This document shows positions 10,615-24,873 of a DNA stretch of 64,000 bases, piece by piece. The position numbers and the translations under genes were made by a program. The notes under the pieces are model-generated. The model did no database searches, was not told the DNA's origin, and was given only the letters and a program-made list of their open reading frames with translations. Each line of letters begins with the position of its first letter. Position 1 is the stretch's first letter. Origin of the DNA: Felis catus (Eukaryota); the NCBI RefSeq assembly GCF_018350175.1, contig NC_058368.1:99078001-99142000 (forward strand), in the 5' to 3' direction.

Positions 10615-12205
10615 TATAACATAAAATTTGCCATTTTACCTAGTTTTTAGTGTACAAATAGAAGGCATTGATTATATTCAGAGTATTGTACAACCATTAT
10701 CATTGTCTATTCCTGGAAGTTTTTCATCACCCACACACAAATTCTGTAACCATTCTGAATATTTGTGGGGCTGATAAAGCAATAACTCCCCACTGACTCC
10801 TTAACCTTGCCCCTTATAACCTCTATTCTACTTTCTGTTTCTGTGAATTTTCCTCTAATTTATATTTCATATAAGGGGAATCATACAATATTTGTCCTTT
10901 TGTGTCTGGCTTACTTCACTTTGTATGTTTTCAAGGTTCATCCATGTTATAGTGTGTATTAGATGTATCAGATGTATCATTGTACTCCCTTTTGACACTG
11001 AATAATATTCCATTGTGCGGAGATAACATGTTTTGTTTATCCATTCATCCACTGAGGGATACTTGTTTTTTTCCTACCTTTAGCTACTGTGAATAAAGCC
11101 AAAACAAACTTTGAAATACAAATATCTCTCTTCCAGTCTATTTTTTCAATTCTTTTGGGTATATGGCTGGAAGTGAAATTGCTGTCATATGCTAATTCTG
11201 TTTAGCTTTCCAAACTATTTTCTACAGTGGTTGCACCGTTTGATATTCCAACCAGCAGTGTATGAGGTCCCTCATTTTTTTTCATATCCTTGCCAACGCT
11301 TGCTGTTTGCAGTATTTTTATATATACCATCCTTATGGATATGAACTGGTATCTCATTGTGGTTTTGATTTGCTTTTCTCTTAAGACTGATAGGGTTGAG
11401 AATCTTTTCATGTACTTATTGGCAATTTATATGGCTTCTGTGGTCTATCCAAGTCTTTTGCCCCATTTTACATGGGACTTTGTTTTTGAGTTTTAGGGGT
11501 TCTTTACATATTTTGGGCATTAACCCCTTATCAGATGCCTGATGTGCAATTTTTTTCCCATTCTGTAGGTTATCTTTTTACTTTCTTGGTAATGTCATTT
11601 AATGCACAAAAGGCTTGTTTTACTTTGTTTTGATGAGAGCAACTTTATCTGTTTTGTCTTCTGTTGCTCATGCTTTAGTGTCATATATAAGAATCCATTG
11701 TCGGGGCGCCTGGGTGGCTCAGTTGGTTAAGCATCTGACTTCAGCTCGGGTCATGATCTCACGGCTTGTGAGTTTGAGCCCCACATCAGGCTCTGGCCTG
11801 ACAGCTCAGATCCCGGAACCTGCTTCAGATTCTATGTCTCCCACTCTCTCTGCTCCTCCCCTGCTCACGCTCTGTCTCTCTCTCAAAAGTGAAAAAAAAA
11901 AAAAAAAAAAGAATCCATTGTCAAATCCAAAGTAATAAAGATGAATCCTTATGATTTATTCTAAGACTTTTATTGTTAATCTCTGTATTTAGGTCACTGA
12001 TTCATTCTGGGTTAATTTTTGTACATGGCATAAGGTAAGGATGTAGTTTTATTCTGTTGAATGTGGAAATCCAGTTGAAGACACTCTTTTTTTCCCTGTT
12101 GAATATCTTGGTACTCTTGTCAAAAATCAACTGATCATAGATGTATGGGTTTATTTTTATTATGGACTCTCAATTCTATTTCATTGGTCTATATGTCTAT
12201 ACTAT
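10615..12205 (-). mobile_element. LINE-1 3' part (L1MB-like)
   Basis: Minus ORFs give ORF2 C-terminal peptides (MKRFSTLSVLREKQIKTTMRYQF, DEWINKTCYLRTMEYYS, SEVSQTQKDKYCMIPLI); old L1 3'UTR at the left end. Confidence 0.9.
11703..11910 (+). mobile_element. CAN-SINE inserted in L1
   Basis: TSD AAGAATCCATTGTC at 11689-11702 and 11909-11922. Confidence 0.96.
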
Positions 12206-12650
12206 GTGGGTCTTAAACTTACTTTTGTATTTTTTCTTACAGTGGCCTCTTTCCTAAATTAGTTAAGGGCACACCCCCTCACAACCTGGGATCTCTCAGT
12301 TTTATCATTTGAGAACCTCTGAGGATTATCATTTTCTTATTTCTGTTTTGTGGTTCAGTTTATGTCTCTTTTAAAGATATGAACAATGCCATCTATTTCT
12401 TATTCTTTGTGCATATGCATATATGTAAACATATGTATATGTATAAACGTGTATTTTTTATTTATATGTATTTTATTTTACATAACAATATGTGTTTTTA
12501 TATTTATACAAGTATTTATACAAACCAGTGACAACTCATAGTACATCATCTTACCCTTGTCAATCTCTTAAATGGCTCTGTCTATTTCAAGGAGTATATC
12601 TGGATCTGGATTTCTGTACCTTAAGTGTGCTTATTATTAAAAAAAAATTA

Positions 12651-12869
12651 GGGGCGCCTGGGTGGCTCAGTCGGTTAAGTGGCTGACTTCGGCTCAGGTC
12701 ATGATCTTGCGGTCCGTGAGTTCAAGCCCTGCGTCGGGCTCTGTGCTGACAGCTCAGAGCCTGGAGCCTGTTTCAGATTCTGTGTCTCCCTCTCTCTGAC
12801 CCTCCCCCGTTCATGCTCTGTCTCTCTCTGTCTCAAAAATAAATAAACATTAAAAAAATTAAAAAAAAA
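12651..12869 (+). mobile_element. Felid CAN-SINE
   Basis: Near-consensus body; TSD AAAAAAAATTA. Confidence 0.96.
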
Positions 12870-13894
12870 TTATTTGTTATTACATAGCTTATTAGTTCAG
12901 ACTCTTCCATTAAGTTGAGATAGTCCAATTCTATTGATTGGTTAGTTTTCATTGTACACTATTTGTTTTGTATAATTTCTTCTAATTTTTTTTATATAGA
13001 TAATCTTCAGGTGACTAACAACGGGAACAACACAAGTTAGCTCTGTTAAATTAATTGTAGGATATAAGGAAAGAATGAAAAAGCTTTCATTAACCTTTAT
13101 GTATGGGTGGAAGACACTTTCTGGCTGTTGCCATCTTGAGTCATGCGATCTTTGCTTATTGCATATGAAGGAATTAAAAACATAGCCTTCTCAATATCTG
13201 TAATTAGGAGTATTGCCTGTGCCTTGAATACTACTTTCCTGTTAATAATATGCCTTTTAAATGGTTTGCATATCAGAGGCCAGTAGTGAAGGGCTGCAGT
13301 TGCTCAAGAGATTAGAATACAGAATAATATTTCCTGTCACTGTGTCTTTCTCTAAGATCTTCTTGTGTGTTATGGAAAAAAAATGTTTTGTAATTAGATA
13401 AATTTGAGAAAAAGTTATATGTATTACAGTTTTGTTTCTTCTTAATCATGATTTTCTCAGAATCTTTCATGTAAGATGTCCATGGTAACTATGTAAGACA
13501 GTGTAGAATGCAGCCTTTCCTAACTCAGATCTCAGAAACTGAACTGTATAAGACAGCTATATAATACCATTTTGGATAACGCTGATCAAGAAAAATATAT
13601 CTAGACCATTCTAAAAGATTGAGGAACAGGTTATACTGAGTAGAAGAGGTGAATAAAAAATGACAACCCAGAAAGAATGACTTCCGGGTTTTTATAATAG
13701 AGGAGCACCCAAAAATTATATAAATAGATAGGGTCCAAAAGCCAAGATAAAATAGAAAAAACACATGGGAATGGACCAAAATGGTTGATTGTCATAGATT
13801 TGGGGCTGGCATATACCTTTTTAGAAATGGAGGTAAATCTGGTTCTTGGCCATGTTACACTTACAAACTATGTAATTAAAAGGACTGCAATGTT

Positions 13895-14068
13895 GGGGCC
13901 TGGGTAGCTTAGTTGATTGAATGTCCAGCTTTTGATTTTGGCTCAGGTTATGATCCTAAGGTCATGGGATCAAGCCTCATGTCGGGTGCCCTGCTGAGCA
14001 TGGATCCTGCTTAAGATTCTCTCCTTCTGCCCCTCTCCCCACTCTCTCAGATAAATAAAATTAAAAAT
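13895..14068 (+). mobile_element. CAN-SINE (older)
   Basis: GGGGCCTGGGTAGCTTAGTTG head, GGCTCAGGTTATGATC, CT region and AATAAA tail. Confidence 0.9.
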
Positions 14069-15115
14069 ATGTATATAAAGAAAGGACAGAAATGAAACTT
14101 AGTTGTAATGATTTTCACATTCCACAAGTTTCGTTTGTCTCAGGAATGTTTATTCAATGCTCATATGTTTAGTTGGTGGACTCTGTGCGCAACCCCGGTA
14201 TTAAAATGTATTATGCATGAAAGGTTCAAATGAAAGGAGAGGTCACAGAGGGATCTGAGTAAACAGATTGTCTAAGGGTTTTTTGACAGTAAACTCAGAA
14301 ACACACAGAGAAAAGCGTAACCTCTGTGATTTTAAAACTAGGAATGCCTTTAAGACGGGCAAGCCTTTTGTTCCTGATGTCTGCATTTGTGTTGCATAAA
14401 TATAATATAAAATTTGATCTTACAGCTGCAAACAGTTTTTGAGAGTTTACTAATTTTAACTTAAAGACTTCAAAATAACCAGTGAATTGCTCAGAATTTC
14501 AAGCAGGCTCCATGCTTCTCAGGGGGCTAAACAGTATCTTTAATTTTTTTCAGTGTTGTGTCCCCTCTGAATGTCATTCAAAATGACAGATTTCAGGCAG
14601 TCTATGAAAGTAGCTTGTAATCTTTTTAGAATGTAAAATAATATTAGTGGTAAATCTTTACCAACTATACTGATGATATGATAAATATAGATTAAAAGAA
14701 AACATTTCTTTTATAAAATAAGTCACTTCTTGTTGAGAAGTGAATTTCAGATCACTGTGCAAATCCATTGACAGTGTTCATTGTCTTTTCTTATTCTTTT
14801 ATAAAATTTAGAATCAAAATAGGATCCTCATCTTATAGTCAACTATTTTATATATTTGGAATTTTCCATATTAATAGAGCAGGAAGGAAGAATAACTTGT
14901 AATAATATACAACGTTTGTCTTAATATCCTGAATAGGATAGCTCAAAGTACCAGATATTTAAAGAATTTTTAATCAGATGTTTTTTGTTTTTTTGTTCTT
15001 TTACCTTTGTTCAATTCTGGCATAATGACACAATTTTGGAGTCTAATAGTGATTAGGTTTAAGTCTTCCTCTTAATCAACTTGGGGAATAGTCAAACCCC
15101 TGTAGATTCATTGCC

Positions 15116-15221
15116 TTTTTTCTTTTCTTTTCTTTCTTTTCTTTTCTTTTCTTTTCTTTTCTTTTCTTTTCTTTTCTTTTCTTTTCTTTTCTTTTCTTTT
15201 CTTTTCTTTTCTTTTTTTTTT
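15116..15221. repeat. (TTTTC)n pentanucleotide repeat
   Basis: Direct observation. Confidence 0.95.
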
Positions 15222-15610
15222 AAACCTTGGTGGCATAACTTTCCCCAGATCTGTCAGATCCTCATTGCCACCCTTTGCTTTTCTCCATTGACCATACTGT
15301 TAGGAATGGGTCTGTAACTCAAAATTTAAGCTACACTGGAAATAAATTTTAGCCACCCATAATGTTATAGAGCATCAAGCCAACAGAGTAGATTGATTTT
15401 GGAGAAATTTAAGGCATCAGCCAGGACAGTTTAGGTGTATCTTTGGTAAATTATCTCTGCAATATTAGTTATAAATATTTATTTATAGAATTCCAATAAT
15501 CTTGTAAGCCTGGACACTGTATATGCCTAAGGGTAAGAAACATTTTAGTTCTGTGATAGCCATCCCTATGGCTCTAAAGAGTCAGTGTCCACTTCTAAAT
15601 AGTCATTAGA

Positions 15611-15846
15611 GGGGTGCCTGGGTGGCTCAGTCGGTTGGGCGTCCGACTTCAGCTCATGTCATGATCTCGCAGTCCGTGAGTTCAAGCCCCGCGTCCGGCT
15701 CTGTGCTGACAGCTCAGAGCCTGGAGCCTGTTTCAGATTCTGTGTCTCCCTCTCTCTCTGACCTTCCCCCATTCATGCTCTGTCTCTCTCTGTCTCAAAA
15801 ATGAATAAACGTTAAAAAAAAATTAAAAAAAATTAAAAATAAAAAA
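15611..15846 (+). mobile_element. Felid CAN-SINE
   Basis: TSD AAATAGTCATTAGA at 15597-15610 and 15844-15857. Confidence 0.96.
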
Positions 15847-15886
15847 TAGTCATTAGAATTTCTGAGCTTTAGAAACTCCCATTCCA

Positions 15887-16114
15887 GGGGCGCCTGGGTG
15901 GCGCAGTCGGTTAAGCGTCCAACTTCAGCCAGGTCACGATCTCGCGGTCCGTGAGTTCGAGCCCTGCGTCGGGCTCTGGGCTGATGGCTCAGAGCCTGGA
16001 GCCTGTTTCCAATTCTGTGTCTCCCTCTCTCTCTGCCCCTCCCCCGTTCATGCTCTGTCTCTCTCTGTCCCAAAAATAAATAAATGTTGAAAAAAAAATT
16101 AAAAAAAAAAAAAA
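15887..16114 (+). mobile_element. Young felid CAN-SINE (SINEC_Fc-type)
   Basis: Near-consensus; TSD AGAAACT(C/T)CCATTCCA at 15871-15886 and 16114-16129. Confidence 0.97.
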
Positions 16115-18209
16115 GAAACTTCCATTCCAGCCTTCTGAGTCTTTTTTCTTTTCAGCCTCTTTAGCCTCAGGTCCCTACAGCCCTTCCATAGTGGCAGGCT
16201 GAATTCTGAATTATGGGTTTATTTATTTACCAGTGGGAACTTTTTTAAGCTATGAAAATATATTGTATTTGTTTGGCGTATATTTAAAACATATGTATCC
16301 TATTTATTGATTCTGGAGAAAGCATTTATAAGTAAAAAGGAAACATTTTTTTTTCTGTAGATATGTGAGAAACAAATCAGCCTTTTGGCCACAGTGGTTG
16401 GAGTCGTGCTTTCTTAGGGCTCAGGATTCCCTGACTGGAGCACGGCAGACAAAGCTTCATCGTGGGAAGGAGCTGATCTGGATTATAAGAAATTTGGAAG
16501 GAAAGTTGGTTCCTTACACACATCTCAATCTGTCCCTCAGAAACAACCTCTGATCATTTTACCAAATTTTTCCTTTCTTCTCCTGACAGCTCCACCCGCT
16601 TGTCTGCCCTGAGACCTGTTACCTTAAAGTTTCAAGCATGAAGCATAGAAAGTAAAGAAAAGAGACGGGTGGGAAGTGGCCCCTTTGAAGAAAGGATAAA
16701 TGATGAAGGAAGGAAATAGCTACATGGTCTTTTTCCTGAATTAATTTTAATCTTCCTTTTTTTTTTTTTCTTTCCTGGGCTTCTATTCAAATAACTGTCC
16801 ATTCTTGATCACTAGCAGATTGATGCTCTTACCATTCATCATCAGGAATAAGATGAGACTTCCTGCCTTGTGTTGTTTGGTGTTTGTTTTTACCTGAGGC
16901 CTAGATTTATTCTCACTCATCTCCTCTTCAGAAACACTGCTTAGAAAGCAAAAGTAACTACCATTTTGATATAACTGGAATTTAATCTTCTGAGTTCTTC
17001 CAAGGCAGTCCCTGGCTCATTATAGCCTGTTTCATACAGACTCTGGGATGGCAGCATGAACAAGTTAGAAGAGGTAGGTAGGTTTCTAAAAGCTAAGTGA
17101 TCCAATTATAATTGGTTTGTCCCAGATAGCTCAAAGCCTTGGGAACAGAGACAGTCCACCGTCGTGGAACTTGCCTCATTTTAGGGTATCAACTGCCAGG
17201 AGCAAAACTGACAAAAAAATAAAAAGTTTTAGAAACAGCATTTCAAGTCAGTCAGGGGGGAAAAATAGCAAATAAACAAATGATAATGTAATGATGCAAT
17301 CAGCAGTGGCTTCTGGACTTAGGCCATTAAATAAAACACATTTTGGATCTCAGGCCAATCAGGCATATGTGGAAAGAGGGAAGGTTTTGTTTTTTGTTTT
17401 TTTGTTTTTTTGGTTTTTTTTTTTTGTCTCATCCATTCTCTGTTTTTTCCTGAGAGTATAGGTTAACAGGGCCAAACCCAGGTTATATTTGTCAGCTGAA
17501 TGAACATAACTGGGTTTTCATTAGGGAGATGGGGATGAAAAATTCTAATAGATTTGAAGGAGGGAACAGTATGAAGGCATGAAGAAAGTTTTTGAATAGG
17601 ATCATACAAATTCTGCCTCTAATAATGTTTAATGTCTATTTCTTAAGTCAGTTGAGGATCTGCAAGATATTATTTTCCACTTACTTTAGCAAATGGCATT
17701 CTAAGATTTGAGTAAGTCATATGTATTCCCAAATGGAAACTAACTGAACTGAAAGCAACACTAACCTCCCAGTCAAATGAGATACCGAATAACAGAATCA
17801 GAATATCAGTGGGGAGTCATTCCCTTTAGGCAAAGCTCAGTATATTCAGAAATCGCTGAATTGCTGAAGAGCAGGAAATCATAAGTTACTATTAAACAAA
17901 AGAAGATAAACACTGAAATGTAGTTGAGATTATAAGGTAAACAGAAGAGAAAGCCAAAGATAGGATACAACCCTCCCCTTTGCCTTTCTGGAGTCCATTT
18001 CTCTTGATATCTTGGCTCAAGGAATTTAGGGAAATTAAAAGTTGCTTCTTTAGAGTAAAGTAAACCAAACTTGAGAATGCCATTCCAAGTTAATTGCTAT
18101 ATTTTTGTTACTTGATAGAAAATAAAACATCTGTCCCAAACTTCTTTTCTTTTATTTACTTGTACAGTGAGTACAATCAATGTATCCTTGAGTTCTATAT
18201 ATTAATGAT

Positions 18210-18370
18210 GTTTACCAGTTGTGTGACTTGAAGCAAGTGATTTTTTTTTGTGAGCTCTTTTCCTCACCTACAAAATGAGAATTATAATGCATTCTTAAAT
18301 TTGTTGAAAAGGTTGTCAGAAGATTTTAAGATAGTATATGAAAAAAATTTGGACATAGCTTCTCAGTAAA
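18210..18370 (+). mobile_element. MIR fragment
   Basis: Core motif TTACCAGTTGTGTGACTTGAAGCAAGTGA...TTTCCTCACCTACAAAATGAGAATTATAAT. Confidence 0.7.
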
Positions 18371-18679
18371 TTTCATCTCTGAGAATGTTTATTTAACTAT
18401 ATAAGGCTATAAACCTCCCAATACTAAGAAAATACAGAGAAAAAGAAGAATTCTCCAAAAAAACCCACAAAAAAATAAAAAACAGATCAGTGCACTAATA
18501 TAATAAAATGATTGCTGTTAATTAATGATACATTTTAGAAAGAGCTATTTGGAAGACCCAATGAATATCTGAAACAGGATATGATTTTTATAACTTCTAG
18601 TGAGTTCATAATCATTTGCAAATGATTTTAAAGTTTTGTATGCACTTTTTAAGGGAATTGGCAAGTAGATGCACATGAA

Positions 18680-19145
18680 TGTTATAGGATAAGAATCTTT
18701 GTCCATTGGGTTTGGTAGCTTCCATCTTGTCTTAGAAGAAATTAAAAGGGAACAGAATATACCAGTCCAAAATAAGCTTCCTTCTGGTTAGAAGTTAACC
18801 CATTTGTAAAAGAAACTTACATATGTAAAAAGAGCTTTACCTGTGTAAAATCTACATGTGTAAGGGTGTCTCCCTCTCTATACCTGGAAGAGGAGGACTA
18901 AATCTCTAGAAATTCTTATCCGTGGAGGAGACTTGGTCTTAACACTGTATAAGAACAGTATCTTTTCCTGCAACTGGCCTTCTCTACCCATCCAATGTAT
19001 TTCTTTTGTCTTTAGCTGGAGATGATATTTAAGGTGGTGGCTTTGATCATTTGGGGGAGTTATTCAGTGTTCCTGAGTATCTTTCATTTATACAGGAGGT
19101 ATACATGTTATTAAACTTGTGTTTGTTTTTCTCCTATTAATCTTT
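18680..19145 (+). mobile_element. ERV1-type solo LTR (probable)
   Basis: Starts TGTTA; contains GATATTTAAG and the ERV1-LTR-like 3' motif ATTAAACTTGTGTTTGTTTTTCTCCTATTAATCT. Subfamily not determined. Confidence 0.55.
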
Positions 19146-19772
19146 TTTTTTTTTGCTGTTAACCTAAAACTACTCTTTAAAAAAGAAAAGCCTTTAAACA
19201 ACCTTACATTGAATAACAACAAAACAATATTTTAATGTAATTCTGATTGTTGTGATGATGTGATGACTTTATGCTACTAGACCACTAAATACAGTAAAAA
19301 TAATAATAGTTTTTAAAAATCCCTAGCAGACTTGTGATACTAATTCATACACAGGTATGGCTGTAGTTCAGAAATACAAACACAAGAATCCCTGTAGTAA
19401 ATTTCCTCTATTAAGCTACTTCTGATTAAAGCTGTTAATATACTACTGAGAAAGCAAATGTCCGTGGAAATATTTTGAAATTGTTGACTAGCAGAAGTTT
19501 CTCATTGTTCACCAGGTGGGAGAACAATGTATATGAGGAACTCCTTTCTGTCTCAGGAGCTCTCTGATTTATACTATACTCAGACAAATATATATTGATT
19601 TGCAAAATGTAGGGATGTTCTAGAGATAAACAGCTGTGTAGTCAATTGGTAGTTAATTTGGGTTAGCATTCTTAGAAAATAAAATGGCTTTTGGAAACAT
19701 GTCAGCTCTTTCTTTGCAAATCTGTTTCATTCTACCTGTTGATTCATATTTCACACATTATGTATAAATCCC

Positions 19773-20178
19773 TGTTGACCTTAAAAACAAAACAGCTGGT
19801 TATTTTGCCAGCACAGTGCTTTATTCAGGAAGAGCAGAGGAATTGCAATTCAGAACAGCAAGCTCTGGCAAACCATAGGCAAGCCTGGAGAAGGAAGTTG
19901 AGAAGAGCTGCTTGGAAGGAAGGTCAGGAAGGAAGTGAGCATTCAGTGTGGTGATGGCCTCTCATTTGTTGAGTTAAGGTATTTATTGGCTGAACTTGTT
20001 GCTGAGCAAGGAGAAGTTCTTCCTTTCTCCTGCAGGAGCAGTAAAGTAAGCTTCTTCCTGTTGGGAATGCAAGGTGTGTCTTTCTGTTGGGGTCTTCAAT
20101 TGACAAGGAGGGGTGGTGCATTAGACCTCCCTCTTCTGGCCTCCATTTTAGATGAGGTTTCCTTTAGTTAGTTTCACA
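19773..20178 (-). mobile_element. ERV1-type solo LTR (probable)
   Basis: TG...CA termini; minus starts TGTGAAACTAACTAAAGGAAACCTCATCTAAAATGGAGG and has AATAAA near its 3' end (plus TTTATT ~19820). Confidence 0.6.
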
Positions 20179-20299
20179 TATCAGCTTGTAATTCTCTCTT
20201 GCCATGATGGATGTTAGGAGAGAGGAGAAGCTTAAAATACCTACTTTAAATACTGGAAGCAGAGACATTTGACAGATACAGTAAGAATGTGTGCATCTG

Positions 20300-20465
20300 A
20301 CACCACTAGTAGCATCCTTAGCAGCTAGGGACTTAGAAGGGCATATTCCTGGGTTCCACCCCAGACCTACTGGATCAGGAATTCTGAAGATGGGGCTTGA
20401 GGAACTGTTTTAACAAACCCTGTAGGTGACTTTAATGCTTGCTAAACTTTGTGAGTGACTGTTCT
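20300..20465. mobile_element. MER5A hAT-Charlie MITE
   Basis: CCACCCCAGACCTACTGGATCAGGAATTCTGAAGATGGGGC...TTTTAACAAACCCTGTAGGTGACTTTAATGC is a typical MER5A motif. Confidence 0.8.
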
Positions 20466-20825
20466 AAAGAACAGGGATTCCATTGCAATAAGTATTGGGA
20501 AAATATGATTATTACATAATGAATATTTGAAGCCTTGTAAAACAAAAGAGGGTGTTGACTGAATTAGAGGAAATGAATAATTAATATGAAGTTCAGATCT
20601 TATGTGCCTCATAGAGACTGGGAACCAACTAAAATCCCAAATTGTTTCTGTTCTATATCCGCTGACAGACTGCTTGTGGAATGTGTATGATTATTATATA
20701 ATCCCAGCACATATACATACACACACACACACATGCATAATTCACATGGAAGAATGGAAACAAATCAGATAGAAGTCACTTTTGACTCTGTGTTGCTCTG
20801 AATTAGCTGTGAAATTGTCTTGATT

Positions 20826-21043
20826 ATTTAAAAAAATTTTTTTTATTGTTTGTTTATTTTTGAGACAATGTGAGAGAGTGCAAACAGTGGAGGGGCAGAC
20901 AGAGGGAGACGCAGAATCTGAAGTGGGCTCCAGGCTCTGAGCTGTCAGCCGAGAGCCCGATGCGGGACTCGAACTCACCAACCATGAGATCATGACCTGA
21001 GCCGATGTTGGACGCTTAACCGACCGAACCACTCATGTGCCCC
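20826..21043 (-). mobile_element. CAN-SINE
   Basis: SINE body; TSD CTTGATTA. Confidence 0.95.
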
Positions 21044-21529
21044 TTGATTAATTTTTCAGAGTCTCATATCAAATCTTGTTTCACAAGCATCTTTCAAAAT
21101 GAAATATGTTAATGAAAATAAGAAACAATTGCTAAAGAAATGACCATTATAATACTGCCAGTTTTCATTTATATCTATTTCTTTATACAAAGAGATACTT
21201 CGGTTAGCCCTAGAAATATTTTAGTTACTTAGGAAAAAATAGGACAAGTTGTCTGTTAAAAAACTCCCTTGAAAATATAACATGCAATTAATTTTACTGC
21301 CCAGGTACACAATTTTCACTTGATGGGAAGTTAAGTTGTGTAAGGAGGTCATATCTTACATAATTTAATTTTGAATAAGTAAATGTATTTGCTGATGCTT
21401 TGTTTCTACATGAATTTCTTAGATAAAACAAGATTCATGTTCTATGTAATTTATTACATGTATGCCATTTTTTTTTTTAAAGGAAACAAGGAACAAGGAG
21501 TGAATAAAATTGAAATTAAGTTGTTACAA

Positions 21530-23480
21530 CTGTTTTATTTGAATAATTTTAAATTTCAGGACAGATTCCAAAGACAGCACAGAAATTTCCAATATACGAT
21601 TTACCCAACTTCCCTTAACGATTACCACCTTGAATAATTACGGTACATTTATCAAAACCAAGAAAGTAACATGGGTACAATGCTTCCAACTAAACTACAG
21701 ACTTTCTTTAGATTTTGTCAGTTTTTCTGCCACTTTTTTTGTTTTAAGATTCAGTTCAGGATCCCACATTGCATTTAGTTGTAATGTGTGCTTAGTCTTC
21801 AGATCTGTGAAAGCGTTTCAGTGTTTTTCTTTTCCATGGAATGGACAGTGTTTTTTTAGAAGTAACAGGTAGATATTTTTAAGAGCCCCACAAGTTTGTT
21901 TTTGTGATGTTTTCTCATGTGGATACAATAAACATGAGTTCATACTGACATCTCTTACCCTTAATTCACCTCGGAAGTCATTCCACCCTCCCCCACCTCC
22001 CCTTTGCTTATTTGTAGAGTCTTTATCTGATAGTGAGAAATTGATTCTAAATATCAGAAATGCTAGCCCTTCCCCCTCTGAGAAATGAATTCACCATCTA
22101 TGCTGCAGAGCTAGTGTGGTTCTCTAGTCTAATAGCATCCAGTCAAAGCACTGTTTGCCAGACTTACTGAGTCAGGCCCTTCTTGCCTACCCTTTTTGAT
22201 AGCTAGGTTAGTAGCTAGGTTAGTTTTTTTTATGGAGTAAGATGATGATTCAAATGTATTATTTCCAGCTTCCTTTGCCTTACTATATATAATGCCAGCT
22301 CTCATTGATACTACTTCTAAATATGAATAGAGCTCTTTGTGGGCTCTTGATTTTGTCCTTTGGTGTATTTGTTCATCGTATTGCTAAACCCTTTAGTGTA
22401 AATAACACTATAAAAAGTGTCACGTCTGCTAGGGTATGCCTTCCTTTATTCTTAATATTTTAGCTTTATGAATTTGAAGAACATGTTTCAAATATTATGA
22501 GAAAGCCAATTAGATTTTGATAGGATATATTTTATGAATATTGTCATCTTTATTGTTCAGTTTTCCCATCCATTAAGATAGTATATTCCTACATTTTAAG
22601 TATCCCTTCATGTCCTTCTGTAATATTCTATACATTTTTAAATCATTCTTCTTATAACTTTCCTTAGTTTATTTCCAATTACTCTATACTTTTTATTTCT
22701 ATTATAATAACTTTAAAAACTTCTATTCCTAAATGTTTCTTACCAGTTTTTAGGAAAAAGATGATTTTTTTGTGTGTGTAATAAACTTTCATACTCTTAT
22801 ACAGCTGATGTCACCTACCAATTTTGATGATTTGTAGATTCTTCTGGATTTTTTTATTAATACGTTGCACATTTAGTGGACAATGACACTTCTGTTTCTC
22901 CTATTCTAATCGTAAAATCAGTCTCTCTCTCTCAATCTCTCTCTTACTTTGTCTCGTTGCATTACCTGAATTTTGTAGTACAGTAGTGAAGAGAATGATA
23001 ATAGCAGACATCCGTGTGTTGCTTCTAACTTTCAAGAGATATCTTGCAACATATCACCATTTCGTGTGATGTTATCTTTTTTTTTTTTGATATAGATCCT
23101 TTATCAGTTAAAGAACTTAAATTTATTTCTTATTCACTAGGATTTTATTTTAAATCATGATTCATTAAACTTTCACCCAGTTTTTAATGCATTTATTAAT
23201 ATTATCATTTGGCTTTTGATTTTTTTTTATGGGTCAGTTTGGTGAACTACTTAAAGGGACTGCCCACAAGGTTAAAGGATCAGTTACATTCTTGTGATTA
23301 AATTATACTTGGTAATGATTTACTCTGACGATTTTTATGTATTTCTATAATATCTTACTTAGGATTCTTGCATAAAAATTCATAGGTAAAATTGACCCAC
23401 TATGTTTTTTGGTTTTATTTGTTTTGGTTTTTCTGCACACGTCTGATTCTGGAATCAAGATAATACAGCTTTCGTAAAGT
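21530..23480 (-). mobile_element. Ancient LINE-1 fragments (L1MC/L1ME-like)
   Basis: T-rich antisense L1 motifs (GGATCCCACATTGCATTTAGTTG; GAATGATAATAGCAGACATCCGTGTGTTGCTTCTAACTTT; TCTGATTCTGGAATCAAGATAATACAGCTTTCGTAAA). Boundaries approximate. Confidence 0.65.
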
Positions 23481-23758
23481 TAGTTATATTATTATCTATT
23501 TCAAAGACCAATATGCAACATTTCTTGTTTCTTCTTGAGGGACTCAGAAATAGAAAAGTCAGGCATGAAATTCAAGTAGGGAAAACACCACCTGAGAGTG
23601 ATATGTTCCTGGCCCCAGTTCTTGGCACAGGGTACCAGAATTAGGTGCTTCTTCTGGAAAAACAGCATCATTGTAAGGAAAACAAATAAATATGATTGCT
23701 TTTATACACCCATGTTTGTAAACTTAAAGATCTGTACCTGATACACAAACAGTTGATG

Positions 23759-23760
<2 letters not shown>

Positions 23761-23790
<30 letters not shown>
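23761..23790. repeat. (GT)n microsatellite
   Basis: Direct observation. Confidence 0.95.
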
Positions 23791-23791
<1 letters not shown>

Positions 23792-24285
23792 AGAAAAAGA
23801 TTGAGACAGAGAGAGAAAGAAGGTATGAAATCAGTATGAGACATAATAGACATACAGGGAGGATAGATCAGGAGAGAAGCAAAACAGAATTTATTAAACA
23901 AAATGATCCAGGAATCAAGTTTAAGTGAATTTGGGGTAGTACGATAAGAGAAAACCTATCAGGATACCTGACAGGGAGAGCCACTGAATGATTACCTTTT
24001 AAAGTTATTCCTCCACCTCTGAATAGAACTCTCTCATAAAATTAACATACTTCTCATTTTCATTCAAATATGTTACTTTTAAAATTTACTTGTCGCTCTT
24101 TCAGCAATTTTGGCAAAAATGTTCTTAGCCATTTGGATTTGCCATAGGACTTTGTAACTATCTGCTCCTACTGATTTGCTGAATAATAATGATCCAAGAT
24201 CATTTATCTTCCTTAAATATCCACAAAATTAGCTGAGGAAAATCAAAGAAAGTTACTGCTTTGAGATCTAAAATGTACATTATTA

Positions 24286-24499
24286 GGGTGCCTGGGTGGC
24301 TCAGTCGGTTGAGCGTCCAACTTGGCTTAGGTCATACTCTCACAATTTGTGGGTTTGAGCCCCGTGTCAGAGTTGACAGCTCAGAGTCTGGAGCCTCCTT
24401 CGGATTCTGTCTCCCCCTCTCTCTCTGCTGCTCCCACGCTCATGTTCTGTCTCTCTCTGTCTCTCAAAAATAAACAAACATCAAAAAAATAAAAAAAAA
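24286..24499 (+). mobile_element. CAN-SINE
   Basis: SINE head, body and tail. Confidence 0.94.
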
Positions 24500-24661
24500 G
24501 AATCATTTTCCCTTTGGGAGTCCCTTTGTGTCCATATGCTATTGTGTGATTATTACATATATAAGGACATAAGGTCATCATGAGAAAACACAGGAATAGA
24601 ATTATTATTATATAAATCAAGCAAAGTCTTATTAACAAAAATTTTAGAAAATGAAATGTAT

Positions 24662-24873
24662 GGGGTGCCTGGGTGGCTCAGTCAGTTAGGCGTCCGACCG
24701 GCTCAGGTCATGATCTCCCAGTTTGTGGGTTCGAGCCCCGTGTCGGGCTCTGTGCTGACAGCTCAGAGCCTGGAGCCTGTTTCAGATTCTGTGTCTCCCT
24801 CTTTCTCTGACCCTCCCCTGTTCATGCTCTCTCTCTGTGTCAAAAATAATGTTAAAAAAATTTTAAAAAAAAA
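24662..24873 (+). mobile_element. CAN-SINE
   Basis: TSD AGAAAATGAAATGTA on both sides. Confidence 0.96.

Noticed and set aside
16346..16553. Strong polypyrimidine/AG acceptor before a 62-aa ORF
   Set aside because: No recognisable protein and no clear donor; cannot be supported as an exon.
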